DNA from: a virus
Lineage: Duplodnaviria; Caudoviricetes
IMG/VR virus record: IMGVR_UViG_2740892201_000001
Location: 1-64,000 of that record
Length of the DNA stretch: 64,000 bases
Reading direction: 5' to 3' (one strand)
Within the stretch, counting starts at the first letter, position 1; each line of letters begins with the position of its first letter. The position numbers and the translations under genes are program-made. Below the pieces are notes generated by a model. That model ran no database searches and was not told where the DNA came from. It saw nothing but the letters and a program-made list of their open reading frames with translations. Positions 54,707 to 62,407 of the stretch are shown here, in pieces.

Positions 54707-55141
54707 ATGATCAACCACGAATCAAAAATTCTTGAACTGATTACCCGTAATGGTCCGCTGAAGGTCCGCGAACTCTGCAAGCTCATGGGTCTGCATGAGA
54801 CCTCCGTGAAGCGCTTTATCAAACCGCTGTTCACTAAGGGGCTGCTGAAGCGGGCAAGCGACTGGAGCTACTCAATCAACACTGACCCCTTGCCGGTTGA
54901 AAGCGAGAAATTCGCCCGCCTGGCGAAGCAGGCCAGCGAACTTGAGGCGAAAGGGTTCTGCCTGCGAGCTGCACAGGTATGGCGTGAAGCGATGATGGTG
55001 GCGAAGTTCGATGCATCTCGCAATGAAGCCAAAGAGAACTGCGACCGCTGCGCCGTTAAGGGCTCACTCAACTGTGGCAGCTACGGCGGACTCGACACCG
55101 GCCGCATCATTTCAGCCAGTGTGAACAGGGATTTGTTATGA
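54707..55141 (+). CDS. HTH plus PerC-family regulator
   Basis: N-terminal wHTH; A.ELEAKG...RAA.VW. Confidence 0.75.
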   Translation: MINHESKILELITRNGPLKVRELCKLMGLHETSVKRFIKPLFTKGLLKRASDWSYSINTDPLPVESEKFARLAKQASELEAKGFCLRAAQVWREAMMVAKFDASRNEAKENCDRCAVKGSLNCGSYGGLDTGRIISASVNRDLL

Positions 55142-55260
55142 GAACGCACCTGAAGAGCCACTACGAATGCAACGAGATTTTCTACCGGGCCATTCCCACT
55201 GCAGTAGTGATGATTGCCGCCCTGATTTTTGTCCTGACATGGGAGCTGACCACAGCATGA
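55138..55260 (+). CDS. Small membrane protein (40 aa)
   Basis: MRTHLKSHYECNEIFYRAIPTAVVMIAALIFVLTWELTTA; ATGA overlaps at both ends. Confidence 0.55.
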   Translation: MRTHLKSHYECNEIFYRAIPTAVVMIAALIFVLTWELTTA

Positions 55261-56720
55261 GCACGTTATCTCAGTACTACAAACAGAAAGAGCAAAATGG
55301 CACCGGCACCACCGTCAAAAAAACTTTCATGGTACCGTTCGAAGAACTCTACACAGTGGAAGGTGAGCAGGGGCGTCCACTGAATAAAGAACACGCTGAA
55401 AAAATGTGTGAGCTTTGGATGTCAGGTACAGACTTGCCAGCGCTTCTCGTTGAAGTAACTGAACGGGGTGTGAAGATCATTGATGGTCAGCATCGTCATT
55501 ATGGCGCTTATCTGGCAAGAGAAAAGGGGCATCAGATACCCCGAATCGAATGTAAGGATTTTATCGGTACGCCGCTTGAGAAACTGGCAATCCAGACCGG
55601 TAGCAGCGAAGGCCTGCAGATAACGCCAATTGAACGTGCCATCAATTATAACAAGGCAAAAAATCAGGGTCACAGCATCCACGAGATCGCTAAGGCTTTT
55701 CATCGATCAGTAACTGACGTAGAGAATCACCTCCAGCTGCTGTCTTCAGGTGACACACTGCTGGATATGGTGAGCTCAGGAGAAGTATCAGCAACAACAG
55801 CTATGGAGTTGAGCAAGAAGCACGGACCAGCAGCGGGTCGCATTGCAACTGAGCAGCTTGAAAAAGTTAAGGCCTCTGGCAAGAAGAAGCTGACTCGTTC
55901 AGCAGCCATCGTTTCACCGGCAAAACTGCGTGAAAAAATCCGCGCAGAGCATGCAGCATGGTCGCAGGAAACGTTCGGCGATGTAGGTCCGGTTGGTCCT
56001 CTGAAGCACCTGGCAAAAGAGGCGATGGAAGCTGCTGAAGCACCTGATGACCTGTCTGAATGGGCTGACCTTCAGTTTCTGCTGTGGGATGCCATGCGCC
56101 GCGCCGGTATTACTGAAGAAGAGCTCAATTCCGCCATGGAATTGAAACTCAGCGTCAACAAGGCCCGCAACTGGCCCGAACCCAAAGACGGTGAGCCGCG
56201 CGAACACCTGAATGCTGATAGTGAGGAACCCGTTCAGTCTGAAAAAGACTATGGCGATGACCTGCCATTGCTGAAGCACGAAATTCTTGAGAAGAGCGGT
56301 GTTGACGTGTGGGCCTGCGTTCAGGCCGCATTCAAGATGAAAGCTGAGTACACCTACAGCGAATCCAAATGGGCGCATACCTGGGCGGCAGACTCTGTTG
56401 AGAATCCTACCTGTGTGACAGTTCCGGCAGAGACGATTGCCAGTGCAGTACGCCTCATCAAGCAGCACCAGGATGAACAGGCGATCAAAAAGTGGCTATC
56501 AGAGCAGCATGATGACCCTGAACTGGTGACAGAGCAGCTGAACCGCTTCACAGGGACGCTCACTGACTTACGTCAGGATCATCCGTGTACTGCTCAGGAT
56601 TTCATAAAGCTGGTGGAGCAGGTAAATCGGGATTGCTGGTCCAATTACCGCATGCTGCGTCAGGCAGTCCGTGAGGTGGCTGGGCAGATGACAATTCCGG
56701 GTATTGGGGAGACTGCATGA
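55257..56720 (+). CDS. ParB-like domain fused to DUF550 dATP/dGTP pyrophosphohydrolase
   Basis: IIDGQHRH; then H..WS..TFG.VGP.GPLKHL.KE..EA...DLSEWAD...K...N..R.WPEPKDGEPR.H. Confidence 0.85.
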   Translation: MSTLSQYYKQKEQNGTGTTVKKTFMVPFEELYTVEGEQGRPLNKEHAEKMCELWMSGTDLPALLVEVTERGVKIIDGQHRHYGAYLAREKGHQIPRIECKDFIGTPLEKLAIQTGSSEGLQITPIERAINYNKAKNQGHSIHEIAKAFHRSVTDVENHLQLLSSGDTLLDMVSSGEVSATTAMELSKKHGPAAGRIATEQLEKVKASGKKKLTRSAAIVSPAKLREKIRAEHAAWSQETFGDVGPVGPLKHLAKEAMEAAEAPDDLSEWADLQFLLWDAMRRAGITEEELNSAMELKLSVNKARNWPEPKDGEPREHLNADSEEPVQSEKDYGDDLPLLKHEILEKSGVDVWACVQAAFKMKAEYTYSESKWAHTWAADSVENPTCVTVPAETIASAVRLIKQHQDEQAIKKWLSEQHDDPELVTEQLNRFTGTLTDLRQDHPCTAQDFIKLVEQVNRDCWSNYRMLRQAVREVAGQMTIPGIGETA

Positions 56721-57082
56721 AGTTAACCCTCCCGTTCCCGCCAAGCGTTAACACGTACTGGCGTAACACCAGAAAGGGAGTATTGATCAGCGCCTCCGGG
56801 CGCTGTTTCCGCTCCAACGCATTTGCCGCCATTCTTCAGCAGCTCAAACGCCGACCACAGCCGATTACAGTGAACGTGCAGGTTACCGTGCTGCTGTTTC
56901 CTCCAGACAAGCGCCAGCGTGACCTTGATAACTACCTCAAAGCCCTGTTTGACAGCCTCACGCATGCCGGTATATGGGGCGATGACAGGCAGATTAAGCG
57001 ATTCACTGTAGAGTGGGGACCTGTAACCAAAGGCGGTAAGTCTGAGGTGGTAATCAGCGAGTTTCAGCCGGTAGCGGCATAG
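56717..57082 (+). CDS. rusA: RusA Holliday junction resolvase
   Basis: LPFPPSVN.YWR, PPD.R.RD.DN..K...D.L..AG...DD.QI. Confidence 0.95.
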   Translation: MKLTLPFPPSVNTYWRNTRKGVLISASGRCFRSNAFAAILQQLKRRPQPITVNVQVTVLLFPPDKRQRDLDNYLKALFDSLTHAGIWGDDRQIKRFTVEWGPVTKGGKSEVVISEFQPVAA

Positions 57083-57232
57083 GTCCGCAACTGGTTACAT
57101 GACCAGTGAAATTGGGTATAGTGTGTGCTGTACTGGTGATTGCAGTTGCCGTACCAAGGTTGGTCCCGTTCACTTGCAGGTGATGGGGCGGGGCCATTTA
57201 AAAATGTTGTTCCAGTGTGTGGAGAGGTCAAA

Positions 57233-57949
57233 ATGCTGAATCAATCAGCGGGTGCTATTGCGCCTGTAGTCAATGCTATTCAATCCCCGATCATGACCAG
57301 CCGTGAGATTGCCGAACTGACCGGCAAAGAACACAAAAATGTCACTGTAGATATTCGCCGTATGCTGGATGACCTGGGAGAAGATGCGCTGAAATTCCAG
57401 CGTATCTATTTAGATACCATGAACCGACAGCGAACTGAGTATCACCTCGACCGTGAGCACACCGAATGCCTCATCACCGGCTATAGTGCCATTCTCCGCA
57501 TGAAGGTGATTAAGCGGCTACATGAGCTGGAAGACAGCCAGCCAGTTAAAATCCCGCAAACCTTTGCTGAAGCGCTCCGCCTGGCCGCCGAAATGGAAGA
57601 GGAAAAAGAGCGCCTGCAGCTGCAGCTGAATGAAGCTGCACCAAAGGTTGCCTTCGTGGATCGCTATGTCACGGCCACCAGTTCAATGACTTTCCGCCAG
57701 GTGGCAAAACTTCTTGAGGCGAAAGAGCCTGAATTACGCCTGTTCCTGATTGAAAGCCGTGTTATGTACCGCCTGAATGGCGTCCTGACCCCCTACAGCC
57801 AGCACATTGAGGCCGGTCGTTTTGAGGTAAGGACCGGAACCACTACCGAATCAAATTACATGTTCAGTCAGTCCCGGTTTACCGCGAAGGGCGTTCAGTG
57901 GATAGGCGGGCTATGGACGGCGTACAAAGCCGCTGGTGGTGCTGAGTGA
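57233..57949 (+). CDS. Rha/KilA-C antirepressor
   Basis: MTSREIAELTGK.H..V..DIR; PQTFAEALRLAA; PKV.F.D; T.KG..W. Confidence 0.9.
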   Translation: MLNQSAGAIAPVVNAIQSPIMTSREIAELTGKEHKNVTVDIRRMLDDLGEDALKFQRIYLDTMNRQRTEYHLDREHTECLITGYSAILRMKVIKRLHELEDSQPVKIPQTFAEALRLAAEMEEEKERLQLQLNEAAPKVAFVDRYVTATSSMTFRQVAKLLEAKEPELRLFLIESRVMYRLNGVLTPYSQHIEAGRFEVRTGTTTESNYMFSQSRFTAKGVQWIGGLWTAYKAAGGAE

Positions 57950-58962
57950 GGGCATTGCTTACACCTGAAGTAGCGCCGCGCACAGGGATTGTGCTGCTGA
58001 AGCCGGGGCCGGAGCTCATGAGGCTATTTAGTGGCCGCGTGGTTATCAGCACACCTTCAATCGATATGGCAGATCTGCCATCAGGGCGGCTGAATGACGG
58101 CACACAGCCGCTGCTTGATGAACCCTCACTGATTCCCTTCTTCAGTCATGAACGTGTGATAGCGGCTGCTGGTGGGCCTAGTGCGCTGGCATCTTTCGTC
58201 CAGTCATTTGGCTGCTGCCAGTGGGAGCAGTCCGGGACATGGCATCATCATGAGTTCACAGTGTCAGAAATCGAAAACGGCCTGGTTTCTCTGTGCTACA
58301 GCCACGATAATGAGTTCAGGGAAAACGGCGTACCCGGTAGCCTGGAGAATATTGCCAAAGGCAATACTGCGCTCTGGATCATCAGGGCCGCATGCAGCCA
58401 GATGGCATTACCATTCGATCACAACCTGACCCTGCCCGAGCTTTGCTGGTGGGCCACTCTGAATGATGTTATTGACCTGATACCGGAGGCACCGGCCCGG
58501 CGCGTTCTGCGCATGCCAAAGGAGACTATCCAGAGCGGGGAGCTGAAAGAAGCCCGAATTGTTCCGGCTCGACCGGCCCGCGAGGTGATTCAGGATGCTG
58601 CACAGGTCGTCAAAAAGATTATCAGCCTGCACGCGGACCCTGAATCACCGGAATCCTTCATGAAGCGTCCCAAGCGCAAGCGCTGGGAGAGTGAGAAGTA
58701 CACGCGGTGGGTTAAGTCACAGAGCTGTGCATGTTGCGGCATGCAGGCTGACGATCCTCATCACATCATCGGGCATGGTCAGGGAGGCATAGGGACAAAG
58801 GCCCATGATTTATTCGTGATACCGCTTTGCAGGGCGCATCACGACGAATTACACCGCGACCCAAAACTTTTTGAGTCAAAATACGGCAGTCAGGTTGAGC
58901 TGCTATTCAGGTTCCTGGATTTCGCGATTGCAGTCGGCATTATCGGGACAGATAAAAAATAA
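57946..58962 (+). CDS. DUF968 (YdfU-like) protein with HNH-like C-terminus
   Basis: RALLTPE.A...G.VL.KPG; C.CCG...DDPHH; PLCR.HH.ELH. Confidence 0.9.
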   Translation: MRALLTPEVAPRTGIVLLKPGPELMRLFSGRVVISTPSIDMADLPSGRLNDGTQPLLDEPSLIPFFSHERVIAAAGGPSALASFVQSFGCCQWEQSGTWHHHEFTVSEIENGLVSLCYSHDNEFRENGVPGSLENIAKGNTALWIIRAACSQMALPFDHNLTLPELCWWATLNDVIDLIPEAPARRVLRMPKETIQSGELKEARIVPARPAREVIQDAAQVVKKIISLHADPESPESFMKRPKRKRWESEKYTRWVKSQSCACCGMQADDPHHIIGHGQGGIGTKAHDLFVIPLCRAHHDELHRDPKLFESKYGSQVELLFRFLDFAIAVGIIGTDKK

Positions 58963-58983
58963 AATGTGTGGAGAGGATTAAAT

Positions 58984-59370
58984 ATGCGTGACATGTCACA
59001 GGTATTAGAGCGCTGGGCGGGATGGGCTAAATCAGAAAGTAGCGGTGTTGATTACTCAGCAATTGCGGCTGGATTCAAAGGCCTGTTGGCGCAGGATTCA
59101 AAATTAACACTCACCTGCAGCGATAATGATGGATTAGTCATTGAGGGCTGTCTGGCGCGGCTTAAAGAAAAGCGCCCGGATGAGCATGCGATCATTGTGC
59201 TTCATTACTTTTTCAATATCTCAAAGCGCAACCTTGCTAAACAGGCCAGGCGCGATGAAAAAATAGTGAGAATTGAAATTCAGATGGCTGAGGGTTTCAT
59301 TGAAGGTTGTCTGGCAATGCTGGATGTGCGGCTGGATATGGATGCCGAACTGACGCCGAAAAAATATTGA
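58984..59370 (+). CDS. Q: Late antiterminator Q (short type)
   Basis: MRD...VLERW..W, CSD.DGL.I, AEGFI.G.L. Confidence 0.9.
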   Translation: MRDMSQVLERWAGWAKSESSGVDYSAIAAGFKGLLAQDSKLTLTCSDNDGLVIEGCLARLKEKRPDEHAIIVLHYFFNISKRNLAKQARRDEKIVRIEIQMAEGFIEGCLAMLDVRLDMDAELTPKKY

Positions 59371-59471
59371 AAAAACCTCTCACGCGGTCCGCATTTTCCT
59401 TAGTAATCTGATAAGGTCAATTACAAGCAGTGCAGCTTATCTGCTAAAAGTCAGTTCTAAACGTGGATGTC

Positions 59472-59511
59472 AAGGCGCCTCTGGCCTCACCAGCCTGGAG
59501 GCGTTTTTATT
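59472..59511 (+). terminator. tR' terminator
   Basis: GCGCCTCTGG/CCTGGAGGCGT plus T-tract. Confidence 0.75.
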
Positions 59512-59651
59512 GTAAACATCCCTGCAAGGGATGGTGAAAAGATTATCCACACTGAGGGATAGAAAAATTAACCCTGTTGCCGACGGGCAAGGCAGTTACC
59601 GCTTTAGCGTCAGGGTTTCTAAATGCCCGACTCTGCACTAAGATGACTTCA

Positions 59652-59755
59652 CTGCGGTGAATCCCATCTAAGCGATGGGGCGTGATGGCAAATGTTATGC
59701 GGAACGCGAGCCTGAAGCCATAACAGGGCTCACCGGGAGGCACCCGGCACCGCAG
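59652..59755 (+). ncRNA. Multi-stem structured RNA, copy 2
   Basis: Closing stem CTGCGGTG/CACCGCAG with four inner hairpins. Confidence 0.6.
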
Positions 59756-59776
59756 ACCATCCAATTTTCTAAATTC

Positions 59777-59808
59777 AAAGGCTCACTTCGGTGGGCCTTT
59801 TCGTTTTT
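59777..59808 (+). terminator. Late-leader terminator
   Basis: AAAGGCTCAC-TTCG-GTGGGCCTTT. Confidence 0.8.
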
Positions 59809-59905
59809 GCGCACGCCAATCAGCCTCCACACACATTTTGACGCCGTGGCGTTGCGCAATTTCCTTCTGACTACCGACAGCACCTGCCAATTAACGGAGG
59901 TGAGG

Positions 59906-60268
59906 ATGAAACGCATGCCGGACAAAGACGTTGGGTTCTGGGCAAGCCTGATTGCCTGGCTTTACGCCCACAAAAACGAAACCGGCTATGCGGGTCTGGC
60001 CGGAGTCATGGCGATTCTCAGAGCCACTTACGTTGGCAAAGACGCATGGTCACGCCGCCTGCTTGATGCAGCGATGTGCAGTGTCTTCGCCTTCTTCCTG
60101 CAGCCAAGCCTGCAGGTAATTGGTTCGGTGTTTAACTGGCACTTCAGTGAAGACATTACGCGGGTTGCTGCGGTCTTTCTTGGGTTCCTCGGTGTTGACT
60201 ACGTGTCAACGAAGATACGCCGCCAGATAGATAAGCGACTGGGGGACAGTAATGCTGACAGCCAATAG
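59906..60268 (+). CDS. Lambda-family holin with dual-start motif (Met-Lys-Arg-Met)
   Basis: MKRMPDK; three TMs; GFLGVD; GGAGG SD. Confidence 0.88.
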   Translation: MKRMPDKDVGFWASLIAWLYAHKNETGYAGLAGVMAILRATYVGKDAWSRRLLDAAMCSVFAFFLQPSLQVIGSVFNWHFSEDITRVAAVFLGFLGVDYVSTKIRRQIDKRLGDSNADSQ

Positions 60269-60884
60269 TTTTCAGCTCGCGACCGGCGTTAGCAATGCGC
60301 TGCGTGATGCCTGGTTTCCTCACATAGCGGCAAGCCTCTCAGCGTTCCAGATAAGCACGCCATTACGGCAGGCTCACTTTCTGGCGCAGACAGGTCATGA
60401 ATCAGCCGGGTTCCTGAAGGTAGAAGAGGGACTGAATTACAGTGAGAACGCGCTGACTGCCATGTTTGGCAAGCGCATTACTGCTGAGCAGGCCCGCGCC
60501 TATGGTCGTAATGCGATGCATGCGGCTAACCAGAAGATGATCGCCAGCATCATTTACGCAAACCGTAACGGGAATGGTGATGTTGTTTCGGGGGATGGGT
60601 ACCGCTATCGCGGTCGCGGCCTGATTCAGATTACCGGCAAAGCCAACTATGCAGCACTGGTGAAACAGCTTGGCGCTGATGTGGTGGCTAATCCTGATTT
60701 ATTGCTGGGCTATCGCTTTGCTGCGATGTCTGCGGCGGCATGGTGGAAGAATAACGGCCTGAACGAGCTGGCTGATTCTGATGATGTTATCCGCATCACC
60801 AGAATCATTAACGGTGGCACCAATGGTCTGGACGACCGGAAATCCCGCTTATCAAAATCTAAGGGAATTCTATGTTCAACGTAA
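60252..60884 (+). CDS. Endolysin, GH19 family
   Basis: FLAQ.GHES, YRGRGLIQITG..NY, INGG.NGL.DR. Confidence 0.93.
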   Translation: MLTANSFQLATGVSNALRDAWFPHIAASLSAFQISTPLRQAHFLAQTGHESAGFLKVEEGLNYSENALTAMFGKRITAEQARAYGRNAMHAANQKMIASIIYANRNGNGDVVSGDGYRYRGRGLIQITGKANYAALVKQLGADVVANPDLLLGYRFAAMSAAAWWKNNGLNELADSDDVIRITRIINGGTNGLDDRKSRLSKSKGILCST

Positions 60885-61327
60885 TCGGCTTTATCCGAAA
60901 CAATTCAGGTCTGGTCATCATCGGTCTTATCTGCGTGGCGCTGTGGGGGCTGAACGCCAGTAATTCACAGCTGAAGGCAACGAACGACAGACTTGAGAAG
61001 CTGGCAAACAGCAAAGACGAGCAGATTAACGACCTGCGCTCCAAGAACGATGGCCTCGCATCGAGCGTCACTGAGCTGGTAACAGCTGTTAAGCAACAAA
61101 ACGATGTGATGAGTCAGGTCGCAGAGCAGCGTGCCGTAACAGCCCAGCAGAACCGGAAACTACAGAATGAAATCAAGCGTTACCTTGCGGCGGACAAGTG
61201 TGCTGTTGCTCCTGTTCCCCCTGATGCTGCTGACAGGCTGCGCGACGCAGCAAAAGCCGCTGGTGGAGTACCGGGCAATCAAAGAACCACGGTTAAGCCT
61301 GCCAGCGGAACTGACCACGCCGATTGA
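60872..61327 (+). CDS. i-spanin (Rz-like)
   Basis: N-terminal TM plus coiled coil. Confidence 0.85.
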   Translation: MFNVIGFIRNNSGLVIIGLICVALWGLNASNSQLKATNDRLEKLANSKDEQINDLRSKNDGLASSVTELVTAVKQQNDVMSQVAEQRAVTAQQNRKLQNEIKRYLAADKCAVAPVPPDAADRLRDAAKAAGGVPGNQRTTVKPASGTDHAD

Positions 61328-61451
61328 GGTGCCGGCCGTTCCTGATGCCATGAGCTTTGGTGACAGCGTTGGGCTTAATGCAGTGCTTTATGGCGCGCTC
61401 GGTCAGTGCAATATCGACCGTGCAGCCATAAGGGCACTGGAGCAGAAATAG
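61167..61451 (+). CDS. o-spanin lipoprotein (Rz1-like)
   Basis: Lipobox LLTGC; Pro-rich; CN.DR..I. Confidence 0.85.
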   Translation: MKSSVTLRRTSVLLLLFPLMLLTGCATQQKPLVEYRAIKEPRLSLPAELTTPIEVPAVPDAMSFGDSVGLNAVLYGALGQCNIDRAAIRALEQK

Positions 61452-61501
61452 CCGATTTGCAGCAATACATTAGATGCAGCGTCTTTAATAAATGTTAAAG
61501 A

Positions 61502-61521
61502 AGCCCATCTAAGGATGGGCT
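61502..61521. terminator. Hairpin terminator between convergent genes
   Basis: AGCCCATC-TAAG-GATGGGCT. Confidence 0.6.
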
Positions 61522-61527
61522 AGTAGT

Positions 61528-61866
61528 TTACTCATCCATGAATTTTTGACGGCGATAGTCATCATAATCACTTTGTTCACGGCAGTCTTCACAGACTATC
61601 CCATCATGCTCCCAAATGTGGTCATAAGCCTCTATCAACTCAGCCCCTTCAAGCACCTTGTTGCAATCATTGTGGTGCTCACCCGGGTCCGTATAGCCTT
61701 CACAAGCATGGCTCATGAAGGGTGTCAAGACTGACTTTTGGGCAGGGGATAGTGTTGAAAAGCCTCTATCTACCGCAAGTTTTGCTATGCCTGCTACCTT
61801 ACTATCTTCGTTGTGGAAGGCGTCATGTTTTAAAAGCGTTTCGAGCAGATTTTCTTCAATGCCCAT
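61528..61866 (-). CDS. Acidic Cys4 moron protein under sigma28-type promoter
   Basis: 112 aa; AAGGAGG SD; GIAK...D.G...LS..QK; C..C and CxxC. Confidence 0.75.
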   Translation of the reverse strand: MGIEENLLETLLKHDAFHNEDSKVAGIAKLAVDRGFSTLSPAQKSVLTPFMSHACEGYTDPGEHHNDCNKVLEGAELIEAYDHIWEHDGIVCEDCREQSDYDDYRRQKFMDE

Positions 61867-61894
61867 ACATCCTCCTTTTATGAATGCTTCATCA

Positions 61895-61921
61895 TTATCG
61901 GCTTAACATTAGTTTTATTTA
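61895..61921 (-). promoter_or_regulatory. Sigma28 (FliA) promoter, consensus core
   Basis: TAAA-N15-GCCGATAA. Confidence 0.7.
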
Positions 61922-61994
61922 AAGTTGATTGACAAAGGATAACGGTTAGCCACTCTGTGAAGCGTTGCGAAGCTGTGCTTATTATTTGCTTCCG

Positions 61995-62008
61995 TAGGAT
62001 TAATCTTA
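61995..62008. promoter_or_regulatory. Possible RcsAB box
   Basis: TAAGATTAATCCTA on minus strand versus consensus TAAGAATATTCCTA. Confidence 0.4.
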
Positions 62009-62044
62009 AGGATAAATTGTACCCTCCATTAATAAGGAGGTTTT

Positions 62045-62260
62045 ATGCTTGATAACTATTTAAAGTCTGCTGGCGGAGCTACTTCACCAGAGAAGCAAAG
62101 AGTCATTGCTTTAAATGCTGCGTTAGAACTTGCAAAGGCAGCGTTAGGAGCTTCCTCAGCAAATACAAACTCAACCCGCGTAGCTGACTCTCTCAATGGC
62201 GTAGCTCGAAATATTGAAGCTTTAGCCGATGCAATCCAGGCAGCAGCAAAAGTTAAGTAG
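62045..62260 (+). CDS. Small Ala-rich moron protein
   Basis: 71 aa; TAAGGAGG SD; own terminator at 62267-62292. Confidence 0.75.
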   Translation: MLDNYLKSAGGATSPEKQRVIALNAALELAKAALGASSANTNSTRVADSLNGVARNIEALADAIQAAAKVK

Positions 62261-62407
62261 TTACACAGCCGCTCAAGGGCGGCTTTTTATTTTGTGCTGA
62301 AAACTGCATTTACCGAGTTCAATTTTCAGCATAAACATACTGAATCATCGGCTGGTGGTTTCACCATTGCCGAGAGTTAAACACAAAAATCCAGCAGGAA
62401 ACTCTAA

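Noticed and set aside
55914-56210. Z-base (2-aminoadenine) genome pathway
   Set aside because: DUF550 is present, but no purZ, datZ or phage DNA polymerase is seen in the window
57080-57200. IsrK/C4-type antisense RNA upstream of the antirepressor
   Set aside because: Position is suggestive but I could not match a C4-like cloverleaf; the two hairpins are reported under the WUGCAG element instead
59518-59532. CTGCAA hairpin as antisense partner of the TTGCAG loops
   Set aside because: Only 6 nt, and better explained as one of the twin post-tR' sites, which also occur in prophage 1
59675-59905. N-terminal extension of the holin to 197 aa
   Set aside because: The extension crosses a structured RNA and a terminator; SD and dual-start motif place the start at 59906
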